A model generated the notes under the pieces. It ran no database searches. It saw only the letters and a program-made list of their open reading frames with translations, and had not been told where the DNA came from. The position numbers were made by a program, and so were the translations under genes. From positions 128,001 to 192,000 of the IMG/VR virus record IMGVR_UViG_3300033076_001145: a stretch of DNA of 64,000 bases, one strand, 5' to 3'. Origin of the DNA: a virus. Its lineage: Duplodnaviria; Caudoviricetes. How positions within the stretch are numbered: the stretch's first letter is position 1; every line of letters starts with the position of its first letter. Positions 1 through 10,411 of the stretch are shown piece after piece.

Positions 1-985
1 AATAAAGGAAGAATATAAAAAGTTGGTGGATGAATTTGAGTGGAATAGAATGGTTTATTCTGCTAACTATAACTTTCAACCCGTAGTTGGTGAAAGATAT
101 TACTTGTATCGTAGAAATAATGGAGAATATTTCTTATCATTAATAAAACCGACTGAGTGGAAACAAGAGTTTATAGGTGAGTTTGAGTTGGACTCTGATA
201 ATAAGTGGAAGAAATGTTAGAGTTTAGAAAACCAATACCGGTAATTGTTGAAAACAATAAAGAAGGTTATGCAATTTATGTAAATAATTCTGGTACCTTT
301 GAAAACGATGTTTGGTGTGTTGTATTATGTGATGGAGGTATTGTTAGACACTACCGTTCAGACCAAATAAGAATATACCATAACGCAACATTTGATATTG
401 ATAAAAATAAATAATATGGAAGATAATAATTGGGAAGTTAAATGGGTAACAAGTGAGCTTGTTAAAAGTTTAGAGTACTGGAAAAAACAAAAAAATCAAA
501 GTATGGAACTATATAAAGTATCCATTGCCGATAAAACAATTTCTATGGATGAAAGAATGACAATTGTTCCTATAGAAGTTAATGGGAAAAAACTACGAGT
601 AATTGTATCTGAGGTGGATTAATCCACCTCATCATACATTTCTTCTATCATCACTTTAGACTTTCTATATTTGGTCTGAACTTTCTTTGGTTTTTCTGTA
701 GATACCAATTCTTCATTTTTGGTAAATGAAAACCATAGTTTATATATGATAAGTTCAATACCAAAATTATAGGTAATACTTTTGGATTGTTTTCCTTTCT
801 TGTTAGTCTTTAGGCTTCCACCTAAATGTTTAGATGTATATAAACCACAGTGTCTATATTGATGAGATGGTGATTCATCACCCATAACATTTCTAAAATA
901 AAGTCCAAACTGTATACTTTCCCCTTTGTGTTCAAATATTTTCATGTAATGAAAATAATATAATTAGTTAATTTGTAAAGTGGTA

Positions 986-1426
986 TTATTTTGCAATTAA
1001 ATAAATTAACACACAGTTAGCAATCACAGAACCAATTCCAATTCCTCTCCACTTTTTCTTCCTATCAGTTTGTATTTCTAACTTTTCTTTTGTCTTAGCG
1101 TGTTCAATAAGTTCTTTATTATACTTCTCTTTCAATCTGTTTGCTTCAGATTCCATATCAGTAAATAACTTATTCATATCAGCATTAGCCTTCTGTTCGG
1201 CCTTTAACTGATTATCACAATTATCTTTATAGATATAAAGTTGTTCAATCTCTTTCTTTTGAGCTTTTTCAGTTTTGATAATAGTCAATAATAACAACTC
1301 TTGTTGTTTGTTGAAGAACACTCCTGTGTCACCTTCATATACTATTCTATGGGGCTTCAAAACTTGACCAAACGCTGTCGCGTTGAGCAAGATTAAGCTT
1401 ACCAAGATTACTAATTTCTTTAGCAT
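986..1426 (-). CDS. Signal-peptide/coiled-coil protein with C-terminal TM; possible lysis accessory (spanin-like partner)
   Basis: N-terminal hydrophobic signal, coiled coil, C-terminal hydrophobic helix; overlaps the upstream TM/coiled-coil gene. Confidence 0.35.
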   Translation of the reverse strand: MLKKLVILVSLILLNATAFGQVLKPHRIVYEGDTGVFFNKQQELLLLTIIKTEKAQKKEIEQLYIYKDNCDNQLKAEQKANADMNKLFTDMESEANRLKEKYNKELIEHAKTKEKLEIQTDRKKKWRGIGIGSVIANCVLIYLIAK

Positions 1427-1673
1427 TTTCTTCTTTGATGTATTTGATTTTGGTGATTACCTCACCCTGTTTATTATCGTAAGCAATTCTAAGTTCTCCC
1501 ATTTGTTTGTTGAGACTATCAACTTGTGAGCGGAGTGCGTTGATTTTGGCACCGTCTTCAATGGTTACAGTAATGGGTTCCCTATTTAAAAGAACTCCAA
1601 CATAAATACCCATAACGATAACGACTAAACCTAATAGAATTTGTGACCAGTATTTTTTTAAGACATCATTCAT
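1347..1673 (-). CDS. N-terminal TM + coiled-coil protein (i-spanin-like)
   Basis: Single N-terminal TM then coiled coil; TATTTATA motif upstream. Confidence 0.35.
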   Translation of the reverse strand: MNDVLKKYWSQILLGLVVIVMGIYVGVLLNREPITVTIEDGAKINALRSQVDSLNKQMGELRIAYDNKQGEVITKIKYIKEENAKEISNLGKLNLAQRDSVWSSFEAP

Positions 1674-1877
1674 GTCTATAAATACTCTCTTACTTACTTA
1701 TTGAAACATAAGTATTTTTATACCATCCAAATACTTCATCCTTAAAATCATTCTCAGGTTTAAAGTCATTCATATTAATTGTTACATCCTCAAAATAAGA
1801 CTCATTTGGAAATCTCATTTTGACTTTGGTCATCTCAGTGGTATTAAAGTTTTTTTCCATAATTAAAAATGTAAAAT

Positions 1878-1912
1878 AAAAAACCCAGTCTTTCAACTGG
1901 GTTTCTTTTTTT
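1878..1912. terminator. Intrinsic terminator, representative of a genome-wide AAAAACCC...GGGTTT class
   Basis: Similar hairpins near 6940, 13305, 19355, 23030, 24050, 24830, 25930, 30255, 32720, 34315, 59650, 62795. Confidence 0.75.
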
Positions 1913-2095
1913 TATAAACTACTTAATCGTTTAACTTCTTCTTTAAGTTGATTCAAATAAGTATCATTACTGTCCTGTTGTCGTTCTATTAAAATTTGTA
2001 ACCTTTCTATCAACACCTCAATCTCTTCTTTGTTATTGAGGGTTTTGATTTTATTCAGTAAATTCTGAATATCATCATTACTATGTTCCATTTTA

Positions 2096-2629
2096 TTAAA
2101 CTTGTTCTTCGTTAGAACCTTCTGTGTAATCTGTTGGGTATGTTTCATCCATAGGTTCTTCATACACCTCAGCAGTGGGTTCTTCGTAAATAACAGGGGT
2201 TTCTTCAACGACAGGTTCAGTAACAACTTCTTCTTTTCTAATAATAACTATTGGTTCTTGTGGTGGTCTTGGAGTTGTTGGGTATTCTGATATGTTTGAT
2301 AAACTATTACCGTCTTCCTCATCAACTTTCTGAATTAACATCTTATCTCTATCTTCAGAGTTAAACCAATAATCAACAACTTTGTTTAGGTTACCAACGA
2401 AGGCACCAAACAAAATCAATAACATTTCTTTCCAGTTCTCAGCAATTTCAACTTGGAACATAACTGCCATGTTGATACCAAAGATGATAAAGAAAAACAA
2501 GAATAATATAATTCCTGTAATCTTCCATCTATTACCTTGCATTTGTTGTAACATGAAATAGAAACGATTTTTATCCTCAACCTTTACATAGGGAGTCTCC
2601 TGAAATAACATTTTTTTTAATCTACTCAT
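2096..2629 (-). CDS. Two-TM membrane protein with acidic Pro/Glu tail
   Basis: Two hydrophobic helices then a low-complexity EEP tail; start taken at MSRL; last gene of the two-component cluster. Confidence 0.6.
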   Translation of the reverse strand: MSRLKKMLFQETPYVKVEDKNRFYFMLQQMQGNRWKITGIILFLFFFIIFGINMAVMFQVEIAENWKEMLLILFGAFVGNLNKVVDYWFNSEDRDKMLIQKVDEEDGNSLSNISEYPTTPRPPQEPIVIIRKEEVVTEPVVEETPVIYEEPTAEVYEEPMDETYPTDYTEGSNEEQV

Positions 2630-2633
2630 TTTT

Positions 2634-3317
2634 TTATTTTTCTTCTTTATTAGGTGAGGTTCCATATTTCACACCGAGTATTGTCCCTACAATACTGAAA
2701 CTGTTTGTTAGTAAAATACCAAACATATTACTCCAAGTCGAACCAATGATATCAGTATCGACATTCAGAGCCATTGAATAAACATAAATTCCAGTAGTTA
2801 TAAATCCAACTCCGATGATTACATATAGAGCAACCCTCACTATATTGTTTATCAACTCAAACTGAGTTCTCTTTTGCATCATATCGAGATTGTTTTCAGC
2901 CTGGTCTTTTGCATTTTCAGCAATAAGTCTTGCTTGTTCCGATTGTTTCATCGCTTCAACAAGTTCGGCACCAATCTTTTCATTCTCCTGTTTCCATGCT
3001 AAAAGTTCAGAGTTTTGACTTTCAATTTGACTTTTTTGTTCCTCCATACTAGTTAAAGTATTTTGGAGTTCATCCATCATTCTTTGGTTTTCACCATTAA
3101 GTTTTGTGAGTTCAGCGTTTTGAGTCTGAACTTGTTTTGTCATTTCCAGTCTCTTTCTTCTTGCCGCAACATCTTTATCTGAACATTGTTTCAAATACGC
3201 AGCAAACTCCTCATCTCCATCAGGGTTGATGAGTTTGACTATATTACCTTCCAATCCAATGTTCTTTGTTTTTAGAAGTTCTATTAGTTCTTTCTTCGTA
3301 TTTTTATCAATAATCAT
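2634..3317 (-). CDS. Coiled-coil protein with two C-terminal TMs
   Basis: Long Q/E/K coiled coil then two hydrophobic helices; coupled to the receiver gene. Confidence 0.6.
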   Translation of the reverse strand: MIIDKNTKKELIELLKTKNIGLEGNIVKLINPDGDEEFAAYLKQCSDKDVAARRKRLEMTKQVQTQNAELTKLNGENQRMMDELQNTLTSMEEQKSQIESQNSELLAWKQENEKIGAELVEAMKQSEQARLIAENAKDQAENNLDMMQKRTQFELINNIVRVALYVIIGVGFITTGIYVYSMALNVDTDIIGSTWSNMFGILLTNSFSIVGTILGVKYGTSPNKEEK

Positions 3318-3748
3318 TACTTATATACTTTGAACGATGCCGTTCTGTTTTTGTATCCGTCGTAGTCCTTCTTAAACTCCTCAAGTCTTGGTTCAATTTC
3401 ATCTGATTTAATTATCCAAAACTGAGCACCTGCCTGAACTGCCTTTGCCTGTTCCTCAGGTTCATTACTTGAAGATATGATTCCAATTACAACATGGTTT
3501 CCATACTCAAAGTTAATCTTTCTAATAAGTTCAATACCATCAAAGGATGAACCAATAATGTTTAAATCCACAAACACACACTCTGGTCTTCCATCAGGAT
3601 TTTTATGCCAATCCGCAAACATTTTAGCCGCCTCATCAGCCGAATTTAGTGATTTTAAAGATAATGTTATGTCCAATAAAGAACAAGAATCTTCAAAAAC
3701 TAAATGAAAAAGGTCTTCATCGTCAACCAACAAAATTGAATCAATCAT
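3317..3748 (-). CDS. Single-domain response regulator (receiver)
   Basis: ILLVDDE, VFVDLNI (phospho-Asp), DGIELIRKI, SSS, GA..WIIK receiver motifs. Confidence 0.9.
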   Translation of the reverse strand: MIDSILLVDDEDLFHLVFEDSCSLLDITLSLKSLNSADEAAKMFADWHKNPDGRPECVFVDLNIIGSSFDGIELIRKINFEYGNHVVIGIISSSNEPEEQAKAVQAGAQFWIIKSDEIEPRLEEFKKDYDGYKNRTASFKVYK

Positions 3749-3759
3749 TTTTTTCTTTT

Positions 3760-5088
3760 TTATTTTATTTTAATTTTCATTTTGGTCCCGTTATCGGTTT
3801 TTTCACATGATAGTTTAAATCCGTGTTCCTCTAAAATTGCAACACATATATTTAAACCAAGACCCTTTTCATCACCCGTAACATCAGCTCTTTTAGCATA
3901 TTTTTTCAGGTGTTTATCAAAGTCTTTTTGTGAAAACCCAACTCCGTTGTCCTCTACTATTAAATAGTCATTTTCGTTATAAATCTTTACTTTTTTCTCA
4001 GAATTATTATTATAAGACAACCCGTTCTTAATTAAATTCTCAACCGCATTACAAAACAAAATCTCATTAACCTCCATCTGACCTAAGTCAGATATTTCAA
4101 CCTGAGAACTGTATGAGTTAGGTGAAATGTATTTCCAAATCAAATCTTTAACATCCACCATAGTTTTATTTAGAACAACATTCTGTTTAACAAGGTTGGT
4201 GAATTCATAAACACTTTTATATACTTTTTGTGTATGGTTAAGACCTTCCTTAATCATCTTTATTGAACCTTCGATTTTTAACTTTTGAATATCTTCAGGT
4301 GTTAATCTTTTCTCTAAGGATGTAATACCTCTTGGCATATAGGTGTTAATACCTGAGTGCATGTCATGTCTGATAATTCTCGCAGCATGTTCCAAGTAAC
4401 TATTCTTTTTGTTAATCTCATTAACTTGTTCCTCAATTTCAACATCCTGAACCTGAATTCTTTTTCTCTGTAATACAACCGCAACAATAAGACCAAGTAA
4501 TGCAATACCACTTAATGCAATATAAAGATACTTTTTAAGTTTATCTTGTTCTATCTTTAACACATCGTTTTCACCCAGTAAGTTTCCATTCTCATCTTTC
4601 AACTCACCCTCAGTTAAAGTTAAATTAATAATACTCTTCTCCTTTTCTAATACGGTTAATGTCCCTTGCTTTGATTTGATGATTTCTTGTTTTGCCCTTT
4701 GAGCAATTAATCGTTCAATCTCTTGTTTCAACTGAACAATCTTATTATCAATTTGGACCAAGACATTCTTTAAATCTTCTTTAGGTAATTCCTTGTATGA
4801 TTGGGGTAAGTCAGTCATGAATTTAACATCCTCCTCAAGTTGTTTAACATCTTCAGGTGATAGTTCTTCTTTTGGTTGTTCAAACACCTTTTCAGGTGGT
4901 GCCCAATTTGGTATTATTCTATCAATTACATCTGTAATTATGTTTGACTTTAAAAGACTATCTGTCTGTATTGTCTCTAAATTTTTTTCAGGATTAACCC
5001 AATTAGGTTTAATTGAGAAGTCTGTGGTATCTTGTGAATACATTTGGAAACTCAACAAAAGTATCGGTATAATCAAAACTTTTCTCAT
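3760..5088 (-). CDS. Membrane sensor histidine kinase
   Basis: Signal peptide, TM, H-box RHDMHSG, N-box ENLIKNG, DNGVG and GLGL G-boxes. Confidence 0.9.
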   Translation of the reverse strand: MRKVLIIPILLLSFQMYSQDTTDFSIKPNWVNPEKNLETIQTDSLLKSNIITDVIDRIIPNWAPPEKVFEQPKEELSPEDVKQLEEDVKFMTDLPQSYKELPKEDLKNVLVQIDNKIVQLKQEIERLIAQRAKQEIIKSKQGTLTVLEKEKSIINLTLTEGELKDENGNLLGENDVLKIEQDKLKKYLYIALSGIALLGLIVAVVLQRKRIQVQDVEIEEQVNEINKKNSYLEHAARIIRHDMHSGINTYMPRGITSLEKRLTPEDIQKLKIEGSIKMIKEGLNHTQKVYKSVYEFTNLVKQNVVLNKTMVDVKDLIWKYISPNSYSSQVEISDLGQMEVNEILFCNAVENLIKNGLSYNNNSEKKVKIYNENDYLIVEDNGVGFSQKDFDKHLKKYAKRADVTGDEKGLGLNICVAILEEHGFKLSCEKTDNGTKMKIKIK

Positions 5089-5696
5089 TCTTTGTCCTCC
5101 TCTTTTTTCTCAATACTCACTCGACTCTTCCATTCTTTTTTATCTTTCATTTTAGAATCATTAAGTCTTTTAACTTTCATTTCATTTCTAAATTGCCAAA
5201 ACGCCTCTTCACTTAAACCATACTTAGATATAAATGCTTGGTATTTTCTATATTCTTTATCAGTCATTCTTACCATAGTGATACCAAAATCATTTGTGGT
5301 CATATAATAGTGTGATAAATCCATCACATATACTGTGCTATCATCAGGATATAATGTATAAAGAATTGACGGTCCTAAAGCCCATGTCCATATACTGTCA
5401 TATATATCCTCATTACATACCCATTTCTGTAAAAGAAGATTTGACAAACTATCAATATATGCATTTTGTTCAGCAAGAACTAATGTCATCTTATTAATTT
5501 GTTCCTCATATTCCTTAGTCTTTTTATTACTTTCTTTTATTGATTTTGATGTCCTATCTAACATCTCATTAATCTTTTCAGATTGCTCAATTGTAAGAAT
5601 AATTACTGAGTCCCCTTTGAATATTGTTTTAATTGGGTATTGACCATACCCAAAAAAAGACATCACTATAAAACAGATTAGTAGTAATTTTTTCAT
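5085..5696 (-). CDS. Exported protein in the two-component operon
   Basis: Bacteroidota-type signal peptide; overlaps both kinase genes by 4 nt. Confidence 0.6.
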   Translation of the reverse strand: MKKLLLICFIVMSFFGYGQYPIKTIFKGDSVIILTIEQSEKINEMLDRTSKSIKESNKKTKEYEEQINKMTLVLAEQNAYIDSLSNLLLQKWVCNEDIYDSIWTWALGPSILYTLYPDDSTVYVMDLSHYYMTTNDFGITMVRMTDKEYRKYQAFISKYGLSEEAFWQFRNEMKVKRLNDSKMKDKKEWKSRVSIEKKEEDKE

Positions 5697-6913
5697 TTGT
5701 ATTTAATTTTCATTTTAGTTCCAATTTCATTTTTCTCACAGGTGATTTTGAATCCGTGTTCTTCTAATATTGCCACACAAATATTTAATCCTAATCCAGA
5801 ACCACTTTCTTTTTGCCCTTCTTTTCTAACATATGGTTTAGACAGATGGTCAAAATCTTCCTGAGTTATACCTCTACCGTTATCCTGTATGAAGATTGTG
5901 TCACCTTCTGAATATATCTTTACGAACTTTGTCGCCGAGTCATTATACTTTAAACCATTTCTAATTAGATTATCCACTGCGGTGCAGAATAATGGTTCAT
6001 TAACTTCAATTGTTGGGAGGTTATCTTCTAATACGACCTGGCTAACATATGCGGTAGATGATAAGTAATCCGAAAGGATTCCCTTAATACTACATTCTTC
6101 TTTATTTAAAACCACATCTTTCTTAACTAAATTAGTGAATTCATAAACACCTCTATAAACTTTCTGAGAATGTTTAAGACCTTCCTTAATCATTTTGAGT
6201 GGGGCTTCAATTTTAAGATTGACAATATCATCGTGAGTTAATCTTCTCTCTAATGAGTTAACTCCTCTTGGCATATAGGTATTAATACCTGAATGCATGT
6301 CGTGTCTTAATATCTTGGCAGCATGTTCCAAGTATGTATTCTTTCTTTCAAGTTCATTAGACTTTTCAATAATTTCAGTAATGTCTTGTCTAATTGATGA
6401 AAATCCTTCTAATTTACCATTAGCGTCAAATCTTGCCCTGATATAAGTATCAACATAATATAAACTACCGTCTTTAGCCTTATTACATACTACATCATTC
6501 CACACCTCACCTTTCAATACCGTAGAATACATTTTACCCCAATATCCATCGGGTTGTGTTCCAGAATTAACTATTGAGTGGTCTTTACCAATTACTTCTT
6601 CAAGTTTCCATCCTGAAACTTTTTCAAACTTTTCATTAACATATGTTATTCTACCTTTAGCATCGGTAATAGAAACAATCGCCGCTTTATCTATAAATTT
6701 ATCAGTTTCATCTAATTTTTTATCCTGAATTTTAGATTTTTCTTGTATTATTTTTGAAAGTATTGGGATGAGTAATAAAAGACAAACATACTCAGTTCCT
6801 CTGGTGATTTTTGTTGATTGAATAAATTCTAACAAAACTGATGTCTTAACAACAAAAAAGACAATCATTATGTTAATCGCAAAAAGTAAATAGATTTTTG
6901 TATTTTTTGTCAT
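5693..6913 (-). CDS. PAS-domain sensor histidine kinase
   Basis: 2 TMs, PAS (ITDAKGRITYVNEKF...NKAKDGSLYYV), RHDMHSG H-box, DNGRG, GSGLGL. Confidence 0.92.
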   Translation of the reverse strand: MTKNTKIYLLFAINIMIVFFVVKTSVLLEFIQSTKITRGTEYVCLLLLIPILSKIIQEKSKIQDKKLDETDKFIDKAAIVSITDAKGRITYVNEKFEKVSGWKLEEVIGKDHSIVNSGTQPDGYWGKMYSTVLKGEVWNDVVCNKAKDGSLYYVDTYIRARFDANGKLEGFSSIRQDITEIIEKSNELERKNTYLEHAAKILRHDMHSGINTYMPRGVNSLERRLTHDDIVNLKIEAPLKMIKEGLKHSQKVYRGVYEFTNLVKKDVVLNKEECSIKGILSDYLSSTAYVSQVVLEDNLPTIEVNEPLFCTAVDNLIRNGLKYNDSATKFVKIYSEGDTIFIQDNGRGITQEDFDHLSKPYVRKEGQKESGSGLGLNICVAILEEHGFKITCEKNEIGTKMKIKYK

Positions 6914-7195
6914 ATTTCATAAATACCTGAAATAAACAAAAAACCCCCTTAACTTAGGGGGTTTAAAGACTATCAATCTTCAATTTTGGTAAGGACTTCT
7001 TGTAATGCGTCCACCATTCCTTGGAAGTATTGTTCTTCTTGTGTCCTTTCTTTGAGTTTTGAGTATATTCCAATTTGTTTTTCAACATACTCTTTCAATT
7101 CTTTCATGTTCATTTTTTTAACATTTGTTTATTCACAAAATACCCGATTAACATTCCAACCCAAATTCCTGTGAGAACACATCCTAAAGCCAAAC

Positions 7196-7465
7196 TCATT
7201 CTTGCTCAATGATAATTGTTCCACTTACCTCAACCAACTTACCAGTTTCACGATTTGTGAAGTAGTAACCATCACTGTGTTCCTCACTGATAACTTTACC
7301 TGTTGAGTGGTAAGTAATTACGGTGTCAGGACCTAATACCTTTACGGTAAAGGTGTCTCCATATCCACCCATTTTACTCATTGTTGCGTCGGTGCATGAT
7401 ACCATACAAGCCATAAGTGTTAACGCTCCCATTAACATAAAGGCATACATTGTTGATTTTTTCAT
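7196..7465 (-). CDS. Small putative lipoprotein
   Basis: MKKST start, hydrophobic stretch, lipobox-like VSC. Confidence 0.5.
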   Translation of the reverse strand: MKKSTMYAFMLMGALTLMACMVSCTDATMSKMGGYGDTFTVKVLGPDTVITYHSTGKVISEEHSDGYYFTNRETGKLVEVSGTIIIEQE

Positions 7466-7717
7466 ATTATTCTTCTTCAGGTTTATCGTTGTTTTTTGTC
7501 TTTTTATCTTCTTCCAACCAATTGTAAAAGTCTTCGGCGTTGTCATAAATTCCACCCTGAAATTTAATCTTTCGGGCTTCAATTGCCATAAGTAAGGCAA
7601 ACTGTCTGTTAGTTAATCCGTTCATAGTATATCTAATTTTAAGACAAATATATATTAAAAAAAATAAAAAATCCATATTTTTTATGAATAATACCATAAA
7701 TGTTGATATTTATAGTT

Positions 7718-8530
7718 ATGGAGCAAAAATTAATATTTAATAAAGAATTTGTATATATGTTAGGTTTAATATGGGCTGACGGATATATTTCTAAAAAAAC
7801 AAACGCAATAACATTAGAAACTAACTTAATTGATAGTCAGGAATTTTTACCTGTGCTGAATGAGAATTATAAATTTAATTTTTATACTAGGGAGCGTAAA
7901 AATAGAAAACCTCAGGGTATTATTAATATTTCATCAAAAGAATTATCATCTATTATGAAATCAGCAGATTACCTCTCAAAATCTTACATGTCTCCCACGA
8001 AAATACTAAGCCAAATACCAACAGAATTAATCAATTTTTTCTATTTAGGGTATAGTGATGGCGATGGTTGTTTTTATAATAATAACAATTATAATACAAT
8101 ACAACACATATCAACAAGTACATATGAACAAGATTGGTCTTTTATGTCTAATATCTGTGATTCAATAGGTGTGAAATATATTATTAAGAAAACTATTAAT
8201 AAAAAAAATAATAATCAATATTCGCAATTTATAATATACCGACACGAATGTGTTATTAAATATGGTGACTTCTTATACAAAAACTCTCCGTTCGGATTGA
8301 AACGAAAAAAGGACAAGTTCTATAATATAAAAAATACTATAAATTCTCGTCCTAAATTCATTATTCAATGCTTTAAAGATTCAAAACTAATTAAAGAATT
8401 TGATTCTTTAAAGTCAGCGTCTTTATGGGTTAATAAATCCCGTAATGTATCAAGTGATATTAATGATTGTATTGTTGGGAGACAAAAAACTTCATTAGGG
8501 TTTGTATGGAAAAAAATACAAATTAACTAA
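7718..8530 (+). CDS. LAGLIDADG homing endonuclease with C-terminal NUMOD1-like domain
   Basis: YMLGLIWADG and FYLGYSDGDG motifs; EFDSLKSAS...KTSLGFVWK tail; free-standing, opposite strand, lower GC. Confidence 0.85.
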   Translation: MEQKLIFNKEFVYMLGLIWADGYISKKTNAITLETNLIDSQEFLPVLNENYKFNFYTRERKNRKPQGIINISSKELSSIMKSADYLSKSYMSPTKILSQIPTELINFFYLGYSDGDGCFYNNNNYNTIQHISTSTYEQDWSFMSNICDSIGVKYIIKKTINKKNNNQYSQFIIYRHECVIKYGDFLYKNSPFGLKRKKDKFYNIKNTINSRPKFIIQCFKDSKLIKEFDSLKSASLWVNKSRNVSSDINDCIVGRQKTSLGFVWKKIQIN

Positions 8531-9209
8531 TATCAACTTCACGAGTTTCCAAATCTATTATAATATCAAAAGGTTTTTGGGTGTATCGGTATCTTTCATC
8601 TAATACTGATGAATTAAAAAAGTGAGTATTCCCTTTTTTAACATAACCTCTACCGGTGTGGATATGACCGCAGTTATGAATTAAAGGATTTAAAGTTTCA
8701 AATCTTTTTGCTAACAATTCACATCCCAAATTCACATCACGACGATTAACAACTGTATCCAAGATGCCCCAAGCCGGTCCGTGAGTTAATAAAATATCAG
8801 TATCATCAGGAATTGCATTCCACTTCTCTTCAAGTTCCTTTCCGTTTCTTGGTAAGTTGAAAGCCCAATTGAAGAACTCAGGTTGCCAAGGACTACCATA
8901 AATCTTTAACCCTTCAAACTCAACAAAGTCATCAATCAAACAACGAACACCTTTATCGTGGAACTCGTTAATCATTTTCCAAGCGTCCCAAGGTTTATTC
9001 TCAATCAATCGGTCATGGTTTCCAGGAATAAACACCTTCATCTTATATGGTAATTCACTGAACCATTGTAAAAACTCATATAAATCTTCAGGGTCGTAAC
9101 CTGAATTCATAATGTCACCACTATGTAAAATCAAGTCACCACCAACTATCCCAACATTCATATGTTTGGTATGTGTGTCTGATAGTAATGTTACTTTAAT
9201 CTTTTTCAT
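8523..9209 (-). CDS. Calcineurin-like metallophosphoesterase
   Basis: SDTH, HSGD, GNHD, THGP, GHIH motifs. Confidence 0.9.
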   Translation of the reverse strand: MKKIKVTLLSDTHTKHMNVGIVGGDLILHSGDIMNSGYDPEDLYEFLQWFSELPYKMKVFIPGNHDRLIENKPWDAWKMINEFHDKGVRCLIDDFVEFEGLKIYGSPWQPEFFNWAFNLPRNGKELEEKWNAIPDDTDILLTHGPAWGILDTVVNRRDVNLGCELLAKRFETLNPLIHNCGHIHTGRGYVKKGNTHFFNSSVLDERYRYTQKPFDIIIDLETREVDIS

Positions 9210-9231
9210 TTTACAAATATACAAATAATTT

Positions 9232-9840
9232 TCAATCCCACCAAGCCCGAAGGTCACTTCCGTCATATAATTTATCCCAATCTTCTTCAGAAGCTCTCAT
9301 AGCCTCATAGTCAGGACCTTTAATGATTGCACATATCTCTTCCCAATATTCTTTTTGAATTTCGTGAGAACGATTAAGAAGTTTTGAGTTGTTTTCTTTA
9401 TCTTCAGGAGTCTCGTTTTGTTTTAGGGTATACGCTTTATCATTACCCAAAACTTCTTCAAACTCAAATGGATAATAAACATACTTAAATCCCAATTCTT
9501 TTTCAGCCTCTTCTATGAACTCATCCTTAACACAAACATCAATCAAATAAGATAGTCGTCTCATCTTTGCAACTTTCTTCAAACGACTTTCATCAACCTC
9601 GTGTCCGTATTTTTCAATTCTCCAAGCCATGTCATCAACAGCAGTTTTTACCCAAGGTAAAACTGAACTGTCACCATTATACCAAGTATGGTTCCATAAG
9701 TTTTTACGGAAGAGCCAAAGATTACGAAAAAATCTTGGGATGTCATATCTGAACAAGTCCCAAAGTTTCCAATGCCATCTTTCTCGGTTAATCATTCTTT
9801 TGAAACTTTCAAAAAAAGTGTTTTTAAATTTTATTTCCAT
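9232..9840 (-). CDS. Hypothetical protein
   Basis: 202-aa ORF in a co-directional run. Confidence 0.6.
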   Translation of the reverse strand: MEIKFKNTFFESFKRMINRERWHWKLWDLFRYDIPRFFRNLWLFRKNLWNHTWYNGDSSVLPWVKTAVDDMAWRIEKYGHEVDESRLKKVAKMRRLSYLIDVCVKDEFIEEAEKELGFKYVYYPFEFEEVLGNDKAYTLKQNETPEDKENNSKLLNRSHEIQKEYWEEICAIIKGPDYEAMRASEEDWDKLYDGSDLRAWWD

Positions 9841-10411
9841 AGTTTAAATATATAACAAAATTATTCTTCATCCAAATCTTCTTCGGGATTAAATTGTTCA
9901 AAGTATGTGTTTTCATCCATAGATTCCCATCCTCCTTCACCTTCCATAGATGTAAAAGCAAGTGTAACAATACAACTTCTGAGTCCCTCTAACTCTCGTT
10001 GGATGGTGTCAACTTCCAAATCTATAATATCATCACCATCAATTCTTTTGTTCAATTTATAAACCAAAGAGTTATAGTTTCTCAATAACTGATTTCTCAG
10101 TCCGTTCATACTTACTTGCATATCTTACTTATTAATCTTATAAATTTCATAGTAAATTGTGTCACCAACTTGGTAGTGATGTAATGTTTTGAAAGTGTTG
10201 GTGTCGTCAATTGTTACATCATAATACAGATTCATTTCATCCTGAACACTACGAGAAATGTGTCTTTTAACATTTGTTACCAAATGTTTTTCCCTAGTGA
10301 CGTGTGTTACCTTTGTCCGACTATTTTCTTTTAAGAATAAACCGACAAAAACAAACAAAAACAATATTAACATAAACACAACTATAGGTGTTCCAAAATT
10401 CACATCTTTTT

